Made by a program: the position numbers and the translations under genes. The notes below the pieces were generated by a model. It did not search any database, was not told the origin of the DNA, and was given only the letters and a program-made list of their open reading frames with translations. A stretch of DNA of 62,717 nucleotides, filler included, from Folioceros fuciformis (lineage: Eukaryota): assembly GCA_049999805.1 (NCBI GenBank). It is 5 parts of 3 records of this genome, joined end to end, with 100 filler letters (N's around TTAATTAATTAA, not from the genome) between each part and the next. Parts side by side here need not be neighbours in the genome. Positions count along the whole stretch, not along the records: positions 1 to 15,047 come from JBNGIO010006333.1; positions 15,148 to 31,238 come from JBNGIO010006333.1; 3 more parts are not named here. One strand, given 5' to 3'. Shown piece after piece: positions 10,723 to 23,317 of the stretch (the first letter of the stretch is position 1; each line of letters opens with the position of its first letter).

Positions 10723-12901
10723 GTAACGAGATGTGTTGCTGCCCAGCGACATTGATGTGGTGTGTGACCTTGATCGTCCCCGCCGAGCTTCCCCAACAAA
10801 CAATTTTAGTTTTTTTATTTTGGCGCCTACTACAGTGCCGTGTATTCGGTGGCGGCCCGAGCTTCCACACAATTTTAGTTTCTGTATGTTGGCGCCTAGT
10901 ACAGTGCCTTGTAGTCGGTGACGGGCGGCAAGACTCTTGGCTGAGACAAGAAGAGACTCTTGGATAATGGATACCAGCCAGCCCGCGCTCATGGTAAATG
11001 CGGAGCTCCTGCTGCAGCTTGAGGGACGCAAGGTTCGATGCGTGCTCGAGGTGGGGTGAGCGGAGGCGGGCATCATCACTGGCGAGGCTGCCGACGGCCT
11101 GCAGGTGACCGCCATGCCGCAGGGATTCCAAACCTACGTCGAGGTCGTCCGCATTGTGGAGTCCACCTCTTCCCTCCGCGCCGAGATGTGCACCAACTTC
11201 GGCGACAACCTAGAGTCTGCCCGCGTTCCCCTGCTGCGTTAGACCTTACCAGATTCGCTTCTTTTGTGCTGTCTTTAAGTTAGTTGTGGGAATGGTCCTG
11301 GCGCAGATATGGCCACCAAAATCAGCTATGCCGGCTGGCCCACGAGCACCCGGGGATATTCGTTTAGGAGCATTGAGGGAAGCAGGGCACGAGGAAGAGG
11401 AAGAGGGGAGCGGAGCTGCTCCCAGGACATTCCGCCTTTGCACACATCTCTGTGCGTAAGGAAGAAGCTCTCTTTCCTGCGTCAGGGGTAAATATCCTGG
11501 TGGAGAACACAGCTCTCGTCATGCATGAAAGGAAGAAGGAACGGATACCCGGTTCTTCCGAATTCGCAAAGAATTGTCCTAGGCTAAGGACCACTCAACA
11601 TGGTTTTGATTAGGGTTGTCAGCTTCCGGCCTCGGGATCTCAATTGTCCACAGCAGGTCGGCATCAGAGTGTACCGTGACTTTGTTGCCCACGGGCTGAT
11701 TTGATGTGCTGATGAGAGATCCGAACGCCATGGGTGTTGCGTCTGCGGAGAAGTTAAAAGCAGCAGCTGTAAGTAAGTATGGAAGCTCCAACCCTGAAGT
11801 GTAATCGTGCAGCAAGAATTATACCGGTCTCACCTAGGTTCCACTTCAAACCGGTAGTGGTGGTGCTGGAGGACGGACCGCCTAAGGGGATGAGACCGCA
11901 ATGCAGGTGTTCACTCGGGGGCTTGAGATGGATATCGTGATGGTAGCCCCTGGGAAGAAGAAAGAGGAGGCTCTCATGGCCGAGGAGAAGAATTCGCAGG
12001 TCACAGAAAGTGAAGAGCACATTTATGTTGCTTTGTTCATGGTCGAATCTGCCTCCGAGAGCTCCTACCACCAAAAGTCGGAGCTGCGAATTGATGCAAC
12101 CATGAGTATCATCATGATACAGATCCCAACCAGCTCACAAGGTTCGAATCGAAAACCCTTTGATTCAAAACACTCACACTTACAGATTCGCCTCCGGATA
12201 ACGGTGTCCTGTCCTTGATGAAAGTGACACATTTGTGAAGATCGGTAGTGTCCTGATCTTCCGCCCTGTCCACAATTGTTGTTTCCTGGAAGACGAAGCT
12301 GGACATGAGTCACGGCCAGCCAAAGTCATGACCTAACTTATTTACACGGCAGGTCTGGTGGGCCTTACCAGATTCTCGTAAAATGCCCTCACTTCCGGTC
12401 GAATGGAGTCCAAATCCCCCACGATCACATCAGGTTTGTACCTGAACAGGTACCGCAGAATCAGACCTGATGGTGGCCAAACCCGAGCAAGACACACAAG
12501 AGGCACGAAAGGCTCCGCTCCCAGACAGTCATGGCGTACTTCCTCCGGATGCTCACGGGGTCGTGGCCGGGCAGCAAGCGAGGCAGATCATAATAGAGCC
12601 TGTTGGCACCACCATCTGCGCACAAACGCAGACGAGCTGGCGCACAACTTATGATGAGCACCACAGCTGAGCGCCTCCATAACATTGACTGAATGTCACA
12701 AGCAACGAGCTATGCTGTTGCTGTGATGAAACTGTGCCACTCCCTAGCGTGCATACCTTGATCCCAGACGGAGGGCGTGAAGCGTGGGAGCTCAAAATTC
12801 AAAACAACCAAGACATTTGCGCTGTCAGCAGGGGATGACAGGAAATCCGTGGTGTGCTGCATCCGCTGCGCCATTCCCTGACTCAGCCTGCAGCTCGCAG
12901 C
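10723..12901. repeat. Arm B of inverted segmental duplication (partner 1123-3270)
   Basis: Reverse-complement homology to arm A, including introns. It also contains an internal ~70-bp tandem duplication at ~10785-10925. Confidence 0.93.
10967..11367 (+). pseudogene. RPA3: RPA14 pseudogene (duplicate of 2671-3092)
   Basis: Reads MDTSQPALMVNAELLLQLEGRKVRCVLEVG* with a premature TGA at 11057-11059 (CGA in the intact copy). It also has a 15-nt deletion and loss of the ttca|gttag splice donor (now aacctagagt). Confidence 0.85.
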
Positions 12902-12928
12902 ACTAAGGAATCGGCGAACCAAGACCAT
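11579..12928 (-). CDS. TPK1: Thiamine pyrophosphokinase, copy B (6 exons), with an 18-aa N-terminal extension
   Basis: Same exon structure and motifs as copy A (LCADGGANRLY, VGDLDSI, DQDTTDLHKCV, GALGGRFDH, TTTGLKWNL). Begins MVLVRRFLSAASCRLSQG-MAQRMQH; splice sites are intact. Confidence 0.9.
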
Positions 12929-13289
12929 CCCGCCTTAGCGTCATCCACCACCCTCACTCCATGTCCGAATTACCCTAGCCAGCAATCCTGCTTCTGTGTG
13001 TGTCTGTGTGGGCGCCCGGTTGAGGGCATCCAAGCCCGGCCCGGAGCAGGAAGAGCCTGTGCTATAGTGTGTTTTCTATTTAGAGCAGGCGGCCCTGGGC
13101 AACTTGTCTCACGTTCGTCCAAGCATGAAAGAAGGATCCCCGTCATAAGCAGGCACATTAGGCCAGCTACCCGTACACCCCGCAACCGCTGTTGCAAATC
13201 CCCGCATTCTCCGATCGTGGAATTTGCGTGAGAAGCTCGTGCCCCCGTGTTTCAGGGAGGGAGACATGCTTACTTTGCACCCATTACAT

Positions 13290-15290
13290 ACATACATACC
13301 ATACGTACAGTACATATTGTACTATCTAGTACATACTATACTATATAGTACATTGTTTTAAACTTAACATGCTTTTAGAGAAACCCTCCTAATATGAACG
13401 TTGATATTTAAAGCTTCCATAAACAAACCTTCTCATAATCTACATAATGTACTAATAATAATAAAGAATAAGGTTTAGAGTTTAGGGTTTAGGGTACACA
13501 AAACTAACACAAAGGCTCTTAGGGTTTAGAATTTAGGGTTTAGGTTCTTCAGTCCAACATTTGCTTTGCTATGTAGGAAGTTGTTCAAACTCATGGTCTC
13601 CTGCNNNNNNNNNNNNNNNNNNNNNNNNNNNNNNNNNNNNNNNNNNNNNNNNNNNNNNNNNNNNNNNNNNNNNNNNNNNNNNNNNNNNNNNNNNNNNNNN
13701 NNNNATAGAAAAACATGTTCATAAACATGACATATAATATGCTTCCAAGACTGAATTATGACCTAGTATTTATTGGGCTAAAGACTTATATAAATCAAAT
13801 AGAATAATTTATGCATTGAATGATGTCTACATTGACAAACGTGATGTAAACAAATATTATGATACTCTAACTAGATTATTATAAAAACAAATTCTAAAAG
13901 AAGAAAATACTATATATGACATAAATTACAATGCCATGCAATTACAATATGAAGTAGGAGGAATAAAAAAATAGTTAATGAGAATAAAATAATATACAAT
14001 CTTGCTAGAATTAGATATTATTAATTTAGATCTTTTGTTATTCCACATCATCATGACATTTTTGGAGTATTAATTTAGATCTTTTGTTATTCCACATCAT
14101 CATGACATTTTTGGATATTAATTTAGATCTTTTGTTATTCCACATCATGACATTTATTCCACATCATCACATTTTGGGAGTAGTAAGTAGTTTTTGAAAA
14201 TGATATTCACAGTGAAGAATACCTCTTTTTGTCTTTNNNNNNNNNNNNNNNNNNNNNNNNNNNNNNNNNNNNNNNNNNNNNNNNNNNNNNNNNNNNNNNN
14301 NNNNNNNNNNNNNNNNNNNNNNNNNNNNNNNNNNNNCCCTAACGGGTTTGTTTCTCCAATCTCTGGAGTGGAGTAGATAAGACTTTCCATCTCTCTTTCA
14401 ATTATAGAAAATACACACATTCTACATATTATCAATATGATTAACTTCGAATAACATATGATGAATCCAACATATACCGCATCAACTTGCATATGTAGAA
14501 ATAGAAGCTTGAGATTCATAGAAGTCTCAAATAAATAATACATATACATGACCATGTTTGTAATAAAATACAAGTACTACACTTACCACAAGACATTTCA
14601 TAAATCATTAATGTTACATGGTTGATTTGGATGAATAAACACGATGAAATAAACATACCATGATATATCTACTTATTTCCGTGACTTATATCCACATGAA
14701 ATGGGGCAGAAAGTTCTGGCACAACTGGACAGCTATCCGTAAGCTCATAGGTTGAAAATCGCAAATAGCAATCAGGCACAAGTAGAGATCCCTCGTTGGG
14801 TACATCTCCACAGAGTTGGCCGAAAAATGTCCAACTTAACTCTTGCAGACATTTAAAACAACTTTGCCATGTGTTCATACGCAAGTGCTTTCTATAACAT
14901 GTGGCCACAACTCTTAATCTGGGTCTGAAGGGTTCTACAGTTGAGGTGAATGCTTGATAATAAGGAAGCCCCCCTGGCATAAACATCGTGTCGCCAAGGA
15001 TGTAAAGATTTTTGAGAAACAATCGCAATGCTGCTTTGATGAAGTCCNNNNNNNNNNNNNNNNNNNNNNNNNNNNNNNNNNNNNNNNNNNNTTAATTAAT
15101 TAANNNNNNNNNNNNNNNNNNNNNNNNNNNNNNNNNNNNNNNNNNNNCCGGAATCATTAAAATGGATTATGGAATCATCTGGAATATTTAAAGTGATGTA
15201 ATAAGTAGATTGGAAAGATAAGGAAATAGCAAAACTAGTAGATTTAATATCGTTATGTATAAATAAAATACCCTAGGTACAGTATGACGT
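13290..15290. repeat. AT-rich, gapped repetitive island (probable TE remnant) with degenerate TTTAGGG runs and ~48-bp tandem repeats
   Basis: Abrupt drop in GC content. tttagggtttaggg occurs at ~13481-13494 and ~13520-13544, and attaatttagatcttttgttattccacatcat recurs at ~14020, 14069 and 14117. Three assembly gaps lie inside. Confidence 0.5.
15048..15147. other. Scaffold gap with artificial TTAATTAATTAA spacer (also 31239-31338, 47173-47272, 60390-60489); plain 100-N gaps at 13605-13704, 14237-14336, 39732-39831
   Basis: The identical N44-TTAATTAATTAA-N44 pattern occurs four times; the spacer places stop codons in all six frames. Confidence 0.95.
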
Positions 15291-15756
15291 CTACTAGAGC
15301 GCATTATGCAGGCAGGCGACATCGTGGAGTCTTTTCGTTGCTGCGGTAAACTACAACTTGGCTCATGTCACACGACATGACAGGAGATTACGTGCCAGGA
15401 ACCTTGGGAGAGCTCTGAGGGAGAGTGATGCGGCGGTGCAAAGAATGGAAGCATTGTGACAAGGGTTGCGGCTCGGGCTCTCACACGCAATGATTCTTCA
15501 CAAGAGTCAAGGAGAAGGAAGAGGAGAAGGAGGAGGCTGCGCTGTGGCAATTCCTTTCTCTGATGCTCATCGCTCTGTCGCGGCTCAGTGGGATGGAGTG
15601 ACCGCGGGCTGCCACCAAATCAGGGGCTGGCGCAAGCCATGCCGTGCCCGTGCGTCCTTTCCAGGCAGCTTCCGGCAGGAGGGATGAGACGTGGTCTCTT
15701 CTCCCACGGATGCTGGTAGTGCAGGGAGATCGGGGCAGGCGTCTCCTCTGCCGCGC

Positions 15757-16347
15757 ATGGCGCAGACGATCACGTTTAGGGAGGCCGGGGGGGGCAGCGC
15801 CTCCACTGTCGTTGTGAAGAGCTACTATGGGAAGGGCTGCGTGAACGTGAAGGACGTGTTGGCGCAGTTCGGTGTGGAGACGCTGCGGTATAAGGACAAG
15901 AAGGGGGTGTGGCGGCCGCTGGAGCCTGGCGGGAGGAAGCGGTTGTCAGGGCTTAGCAGGGACAAGTTCAAGGTCGGGGATGTGGTGGAGGTGGATTTTC
16001 AAGACTCCTCTCCGGTGGCTCTGCCTGTTGCCCGCCAGATCTCCTCATGGGTCAAGGCCTTGGACCATTTCTCCATGTTCCTCATCGGTTGTCTGGCCGG
16101 ATGCGCCGCAGTGTGGGCCTTCGCGGATCAGCGGGTCAGGCCCATATCCCTCACCTCGCTCTTTGATCTGCTCATTACCTTCTTCCTCGGATGCTTCTGT
16201 GGCTGTTTCTTCGGCTGTGTGGCCGCTCTCGCGGTCATGGCACCACGTTTTTCCGCTGAACAGATTGTTCAGGTGAGTGGGAATGCAACGGCTTCATCAT
16301 CCAAGCCGACTACTCCAACACGCAGGAGACAACGTGCGACGTATTAG
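15757..16347 (+). CDS. Hypothetical protein with two C-terminal hydrophobic segments
   Basis: GC3-rich ORF starting at an ATG (MAQTITFRE), with a globular-looking N-terminal part followed by FSMFLIGCLAGCAAVWAFA and LLITFFLGCFCGCFFGCVAALAVMA. Possible splice donor at 16273; no family recognised. Confidence 0.45.
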   Translation: MAQTITFREAGGGSASTVVVKSYYGKGCVNVKDVLAQFGVETLRYKDKKGVWRPLEPGGRKRLSGLSRDKFKVGDVVEVDFQDSSPVALPVARQISSWVKALDHFSMFLIGCLAGCAAVWAFADQRVRPISLTSLFDLLITFFLGCFCGCFFGCVAALAVMAPRFSAEQIVQVSGNATASSSKPTTPTRRRQRATY

Positions 16348-17802
16348 GGGTACCTTGATTCAAAGGCGGGCATCATGACTTCGGTCTGTGTGACCAATAT
16401 GTTGGCATTGGACCGCTTGCACGCCTTCTTCTGCTCAGAATTTGCTGGAAGGGGCTCCACCTGGCTGCCCAGCTGCTGCCCTGGATCTCAGATCTACAAC
16501 AGTGAAGCTGGGAAGCCCAGGGGGGCCCAACCAGGTGAGTTTCACCAGGGTAGCACGGTTGACGGAACTTGCCAAACAGACGTGCTGCCCTCGTTTGAGG
16601 ATCAGAACCTCGTAGGAACATGGTGCCCACTACAGGTCAAACACAATTAAACGGAAAAGCAACCTACATCAGAGACGAAGGCAGCCAGCAACCATGGCTA
16701 TTTCCCATTTCGTCCCCATCCTGTCCAATGGAACGTGGACGACCCCTCCTCCGAGGGCGCAAGCTTGTCCAGGCCTTGTTTGCCAGAAATAGGGCCTAGG
16801 CAATGACCGCCGCCCGGATGTCGTACTCTGTGCCCCATTCCAAGGCTAGGGTTGTGGTGATGGAGTCAAACACTGCAGCCTGGAAGCAACGACATGCAGC
16901 TGTCGCATCTTGCGAGGCCAAGCAGAGCGGAAGGAACAAGGTACAGGGCGGAGGCTTCGCAAGGCTGAGACGCAGCTACCTTCGCTGCACAGAGATGGAT
17001 TCGGTACCGATCAGCCGGGCAGTGCAAGGTGGCTGACATGTTCAGAAACGTACCTGAAACAGTACATGCTCAGCTGCACATGGCACATTGTGAAAGTGCC
17101 GACGGAATCGATACTTGCAGGCAGCGTATCTCCCACTCAGCCCTATCCTCCACTTCAAGCCATCACACAAACTGATTTGGAGTCTTTGGCTGTTCTCATC
17201 CCGTTGTGGAACAGATGCTCGGCTGGACTCAAGCAAGTTACTGTACTGGCATTTACCGGAATATCTAATCTTCTGAGTTCGGTCACGCTGGCCTTCACCA
17301 CACCTGCGGCATCATTCCTTCCGGCGAACGTACCCTGCGAACCCCACAGACTACAAGTAACATACCGAGGATGAATCTGACAGCATCCAACCCAACAAGT
17401 AGCTGACACACACTTCCCCCATGGTGTCCAAACGGATGAATCGAGGATCTCCAGCCAGCTCTTCCATAACCTGCCCTTCTTGAACATCTTTCATTGACGA
17501 AATTACTATGAAATCTTAGTCGTTTCTTCGAATCCTGAACCATGTGTTTCTTAGACTTCCAAAAAAATTCGGGTTGCATGGACCGCTGCGATTGCAAAGA
17601 AAGCACGTAATTGCTTGTTGATGGAGTTCCATTGTGCGGAGGCGCTTTGTCACCCGAGAATTTTGGACTTCGGTAGAAGTAGCTGGACTTGGGGGGCGGG
17701 GAGGGGAACAGGAAGAAGAGGCTCTGATCGCCCGATGTTGGTAAAGGTCAGTCGCAGGATAACACGTACAAGCCAGCCTGGTTAGGTCCTCGGGTTGCTG
17801 CT

Positions 17803-19946
17803 ATGGATGTGGAGCTGGCCTCGGACTGGAGCTTACCTGATCAACCTGGCCCTCGCAGGCATGCAGGTCGCAGCAGTGCCACAACGGCTGAAACCGTGAT
17901 CAAGCTATGCCATCTCGCCCAGCTCGATGAGGCGGTTGAAGCTTTGGGTGGTCTTGTGCAGACGGAGCATTGTGTTTTCAAATCTCTGTTGTATGATATG
18001 CTGAAGCAATGTGTAGCTAAGAAGGAGCTTATCTTGGGTCGGCGTGTGCACGGTTTCATCTTAAAGTCAGGGTACCATGCGGACACCTTCTTGGGCTTCG
18101 ACATCCTGCGAATGTATGCTTCTCATAACAGGCTGCAAGACGCGATGGATGCATTCGACGAGGTTTCCTCACCAGATGCCTTCACGTGGTGTGCAATTAT
18201 CTCTTCCCATGTGATGCACGAACACGAAAGGCAAGCCAGACAACTGGATCATCGAATGCGCAGGTCAAGTGTGAAGCCAGACGGTCATGTATTTGTGGCC
18301 GCCCTTTAGGCTTGTGTAAGGGTGGCAGACTTGAGAACGGGGCAGCAGGTGCATGCTGATGTGTTGGCCTGTGGCGTTGAGCTTGACTTGTTTGTGTGTA
18401 ACTCCTTGGTGAATATGTACGCAAAGTGCGGCAGCTGAGAAGAGGTTCAGAGAGTGTTTGACGGACTTGGCCTAAAAGATGCGGTGACGTGGACTGCTTT
18501 GATCGCAGGGTATTCCCAGCAGGGCATGGGAGAGCAAGCCATTTGTCTCTACAGTGCTATGCAAGGGGAGGGCATCACCGTGCCTGGTTCCGTGACATTT
18601 GCGTGCCTCTTGCAGGCATGTGCGAGTGTGGGCATACAAGCCTTGGAGAAGGGAAGGCAGCTGCATGAGGAAATCAGTGAGCGAGGACATGAAGATGATG
18701 TAGCCAGCAGTTTGGTGAACATGTACGCAAAGTGTGGAAGCTTGGCAGAGGCTCAGAAAGCGTTTGATCAAAAGGATGTTGTGGCATGGAATACCATGAT
18801 AGCAGGCTATTCCCAGCAGGGAATGGGTCAGGAAGCTTTGGAAAACGGGAGGCAGCTGCATGCCCAAATCAGGAAAGGACGACACCACGCTGACATTTTT
18901 GTGGGCAACAGTTTGGTGAACATGTTTGCAAAATGTGGCAGCTTGGAAGATGCGGAAAGAGTGTTCAATCGGCTCTGTCAAAAGGATGTGGTATCGTGGA
19001 ATGCTATGATAGCAGGGTATTCCCAAAAGGGCATGGGCCAGGATGCCCTTCATCTCTATATTGACATGCAAGCAGAAGGCCTGGCTGTACCCAATTCTGT
19101 AACATTTACGTGTCTCCTGCAAGCATGTGCAAATGTGGCAGCTTTGCACATCGGAAGGCGGCTGCATGCGCAGATTGAAGAGCAAGGGCTTGAATCAGAT
19201 GTGTGTGTAGCCAGCAGTTTGATGAACATGTATGGAAAGTGTGCGAGCATGGTTGATGCGCAGAAGGTGTTCGATGCGTTGCACGAGAGACACTTCACCA
19301 CTTGGAATGCGCTGATTGCAGGCTACAGCTGTCAGGGAGACAGTGATATGGTCTTCGCTTTGGTCCATAGAATGAGCGGGTACGGCTTACAGCCAGTCGG
19401 CATCACATTCCTCAGTGTACTAACAGTGTGCAGCCACGTTGGTCTAGTCAACAAGGGGCTGAAGTACTTCGAGGCTATGAGTAGCCGCTATGGCATCATT
19501 CCCTCCGAAGAACACTATGCGTGCATGGTGGATGTCCTCAGTCGGGCAGGGCAACTATCCGAGGCCCTTGGGTTGGTAAGCACAATGCCTGTACCCCCGA
19601 ATCCTGCAGTGTGGCTAACCCTATTAGCTGCTTGTCGAAAGTGCGGAATGTTCAGGTTGCACGCCATGCTTTCAACCAAGCCGTGAAGCTGGACAACACA
19701 CAGTCCGCAACTTATCTGTTCATGTCAAACATGTACACCGGTGCCCAGCTTTGGGAGCATGCACAAAGGGCGGACCCCAGGGGAAAAATATTCAGAGCAC
19801 GAAGGCAGCCGGGTCAGAGCTGGTGGACAGACCAGCACGGACTGGTGCACAGTTTCTTGGTCGGAGATGAGAAGACCGGTCACCATCCAGCCAGGGTGAT
19901 ATCAGCCCAAGCCTTGTATCTAGATAGACATTGCTGGATTTCTTAG
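17803..19946 (+). pseudogene. PLS-E+ (WW-type) PPR pseudogene, paralogue of 3640-6636
   Basis: Same N-terminal module and PLS repeats as 3640-6636. Lesions: in-frame stops TAG 18307-18309 and TGA 18436-18438, internal motif deletions, and a 1-nt frameshift at ~19646 in E1. The shifted frame gives SATYLFMSNMY and RQPGQSWWTDQHGLVHSFLVGDE. Confidence 0.88.
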
Positions 19947-20517
19947 TATATCCTTTGTAAAATAGTTTCTAAACGGCATGGCAAATTTGATTCCTCGTCT
20001 GCGATTGGCTCTTACCCTGCTCAGAAACGTTGTGTGGGGAAGAAGCACCAATGGCTGAGGCTCAGTATGGTGATACTGTTAGTGCCACGTAAACTGCTGG
20101 GTGAAGGAATTTAGTGTACCTAAAGGGCGATGTGGCGCCAAGGGCCGCAAATGAACATTGCTGGCCTTATCATAAGCATGGCCCCACAGGCCTTCTCCTC
20201 CTAGCTGGAAGGCTAGCGTTCGCAGACCTGCTGGGGTACTGGCAGCTTTGAAGTCCTGCTGCCTATTGCGCTCCCTCTAATTTGGCGACCACGAGGTTGC
20301 GGTGGGCTGCGGCTGCATTGTTGTGGAGAGATTCGAACCACCTTTGAGATTCGGGTTTGGCACTGGTGAATCCCATTCTGTGGGAGATGCTGGCGGCTTT
20401 AGAGCTCCGCACCGACGTCGCACTGAGCCCGTGAGGCTGGCAGTGCTGGTGGTGGAAGGCGGTCGCTGGCCGGGTCTGGTGTGTCGGTGAGCTTTGGAGG
20501 GCGACAGGTGAGGTACC

Positions 20518-23317
20518 ATGAAAGTCATGTCCAAGGCAGCTGCGTTCAGCGCTGTGAATTGCAGCTCTCCCAAGGCCGGCCCTGCGTGCAACTGGAAAGG
20601 GCTCAGGTTGCGTCGCACATTTCGATGTAGGCCAATGTGTGGTTCTTTTGGGGATGCTTCTGCCAAGCTCAGGGCCGGCCCCGGCCCCGGCGGTGTGCAT
20701 TTCCCGGGTGACAGGGAATGTAGTACCTCGGATTACTGCCGGGACCTGGTGGGCTGCAACAGGAAGAGGTGCATTTTGTGCCGTGCAGGTGGGAGCAGGA
20801 GCCAGGCTGTAGAGGCGGCCAGGGGGGCTGCCTGCGTGCCTGTTGAGGAGAAGTATTCGGATGAGCAGGACTTCATCAAAGCTGGAGGGAATGAATTGGC
20901 TCTGGTACAGCTGCAGGCGTCCAAAGCAATGGAGCAGAGGAGCATAACTAGCACGGTTTGTTCTTACCTCTTGGTTTTCAGCTCGATGTCGCAGACTGCA
21001 GTGTTGAGGCATGCACGGTGATCCAGTCCCTTCCTTTGCCTTTTGTCTTCAGCTGGAAGCCCTTCTGCCTGGCGACCAGGTGTTGGACCTCGTTGTCATT
21101 GGTTGTGGCCCGGCGGGGTTGTCGCTGGCGGCGGAGGCTGCTAAACAGGGGTTGAATGTTGGCCTGATCGGTCCTGACCTTCCTTTTGTCAACAATTATG
21201 GTGTGTGGGAGGATGAATTTTCAGGTAAGGCTGGCGAGTTTGTGCATTTTATGTTCTGGTTGTATCTTGGGCCTGTGGTTCTCATTTTCAGGTGGTGTTG
21301 GTGGTAGCTCTAGGGCTGGAAAATTGCATAGAGGCCACATGGAAAGATTCGGCCATGTACTTTGAGGACGAAACTCCTCTTATGATTGGGCGGGCGTATG
21401 GTCGTGTGAGCAGGAATCTGCTCCGCGAGGAGTTGCTGAAAAGGTTAATGTCCTTTTGCTTCATTGTTGTGTTGGAGGAGATTCGGGAAGAAGTAGTGCT
21501 GGTGTATGTATGTGCTGAAGAGCCCTGTTTTCTCTGTAAAATTTGCAGATGCGCACAGGCAGGGGTTAGATACCTGGATTCTCAAGTGGAGCAGATTGTT
21601 GACACTGATGACAATGGTAGCGTTGTGGTATGCGCCACTGGGAGACAGGTTAGTTGCAGGTGAGTCAACTGTGTCCACAGCTTTTTCGCCTTTCCTTGTG
21701 TCGGTGATGGTTGGGATGTCAAATCTGAACCAGGTCAGGCATAACATATACTGAGCCTCTCTCTGGCTGGCTGATGTTGTTGGGTGGTTCAGGCTGGTCA
21801 CTGTTGCTTCGGGTGCAGCAGCTGGAAGATTTCTGGAGTACGAGGCTGGAGGTCCAGGCGTGAGCGTGCAGACAGCGTATGGAATGGAGGTGGAGGTACG
21901 TCACGTGGACAGTGGCCGTTTAGTCCATGGTCCCTGAAAGGATCGTTTGTGAACCTCTTACTGCTCTCTTGTTTCACGGTCTTCGTTCTTCAAGAGAGAC
22001 GCTTGCATCTTTCTTGATTGTGTAGGTGGAGAACTATCCTTACAGTCCTGAGATCATGGTGTTCATGGACTACCGCAGCCACACTTCGGGCACAGACAAC
22101 AGTCCTTGGGGGAAAGTCCCTACTTTTCTGTATGCCATGCCGCTCTCCTCAACGAAAGTGTTCTTCGAGGTACAATGCAGCGAGTCTGTAAGACTGGCAT
22201 AGCTGTTCACTCTTCTTCCCTCTCGCTGATGTGATCGTAACTTTTCATCCGGCAGGAGACGTGCTTAGCAGCAAGACCAGGCATGCCCTTTGAAGTGCTG
22301 AAGGAGAGGCTTGAGAATCGACTGCAAAAGATGGGTCTGAAAGTCAGTCATGTGCACGAGGAGGTACCGGAGTGCATTTCCCCCCTTCCTGAGATCTCTC
22401 CACTACCAAATTGCCTGACGTCCACAGACCATCGGCCCTTAAACTCCAGGAGTGGTCCTACATTCCCGTCGGTGGCACTCTGCCTGACACGAGGCAGCAG
22501 CACTTGGGGTTTGGTGCGGCTGCGAGCATGGTTCATCCTGCAACTGGTAGCTAAACCTCAACAGCGAACTTTGACACCAACTCTCATGCGATCGTCATCT
22601 TTGCTGCATCCCTTGGCTTGTCCCTTTTGCAGGTTATTCTGTGGTACGGTCCCTGTCGGAGGCACCGCACTATGCGGCTGCCATCGCCGCGGCCCTTCGC
22701 GTGGGTGGGAAGGGGCCCCTGCAGCCTCTTCAGAACTCCAGGAAAGCGGCTCTCGAAGGTAATACTCCCACTCACCCTTCAGGTGATGTGTGTACCGTAC
22801 CTTTGCAATCACCTCACCACACCCTGCTCAACCCGCAGCATGGGATGCCTTGTGGCCCACGGAACGGAAGCGTCAACGTGCTTTCTTTCTGTTCGGGTTA
22901 GAGCTCATCTTGCAATTTGACAAGGCAGGCTTCCAGGACTTCTTCGAGACATTCTTCAGGCTACCCGACTGGTGATTCCTCCAATCCTCTAGCCGTACAG
23001 GGCGTGCACGTTGTGCCGCGTGCCGGTGTTTGCTTAAGGCGTGCTAGTGTATGCTCACAGCGTGCTCTGCTGTGATCGGGTGTGGCAGGCTGTGGAAGGG
23101 TTTCCTGGCATGCAACCTCTCGTCGTTGCAGCTCATCTGGTTTGCATTCATGACTTTCGTGGTGGCCCCGAATCCGTTGAGATATCGTCTCATCCGTCAC
23201 CTAATGGTGGATCCGAGCGGATCAAGCTTAATTCGTGCCTACACAGGGTTAGAGGACGTCAAGCTTGCTCCCTTCCTGCTCATCTGGCGTGAAAATGTAA
23301 ATCCAGCTGTGGACTAA
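20518..23317 (+). CDS. LCYE: Lycopene epsilon-cyclase (multi-exon, plastid transit peptide)
   Basis: Exons encode EQDFIKAGGNELALVQLQASKAME (epsilon-cyclase-specific), DLVVIGCGPAGLSLAAE...PDLPFVNNYGVWEDEF, IGRAYGRVSR, VQTAYGMEVEV, PTFLYAMP, EWSYIPVGG, GAAASMVHPATGYSVVRSL and LWPTERKRQRAFFLFGL. Confidence 0.93.

Noticed and set aside
15092-15103. TTAATTAATTAA palindrome recurring four times
   Set aside because: Always centred in a 100-nt N run; it is an artificial scaffolding spacer, not a biological element.
16800-17620. Short ORFs between the orphan gene and the PPR pseudogene (likewise 6690-7660, 14669-15028, 27050-28200)
   Set aside because: No recognisable motifs or coherent exon structure; I cannot support a gene call.
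18307-18309. Premature stops one C-to-T change from sense codons (CAG>TAG here, CGA>TGA at 11057) as possible U-to-C editing targets
   Set aside because: U-to-C editing is organellar. Both nuclear loci carry additional frameshifts, deletions or splice-site loss, so ordinary pseudogenisation explains them.
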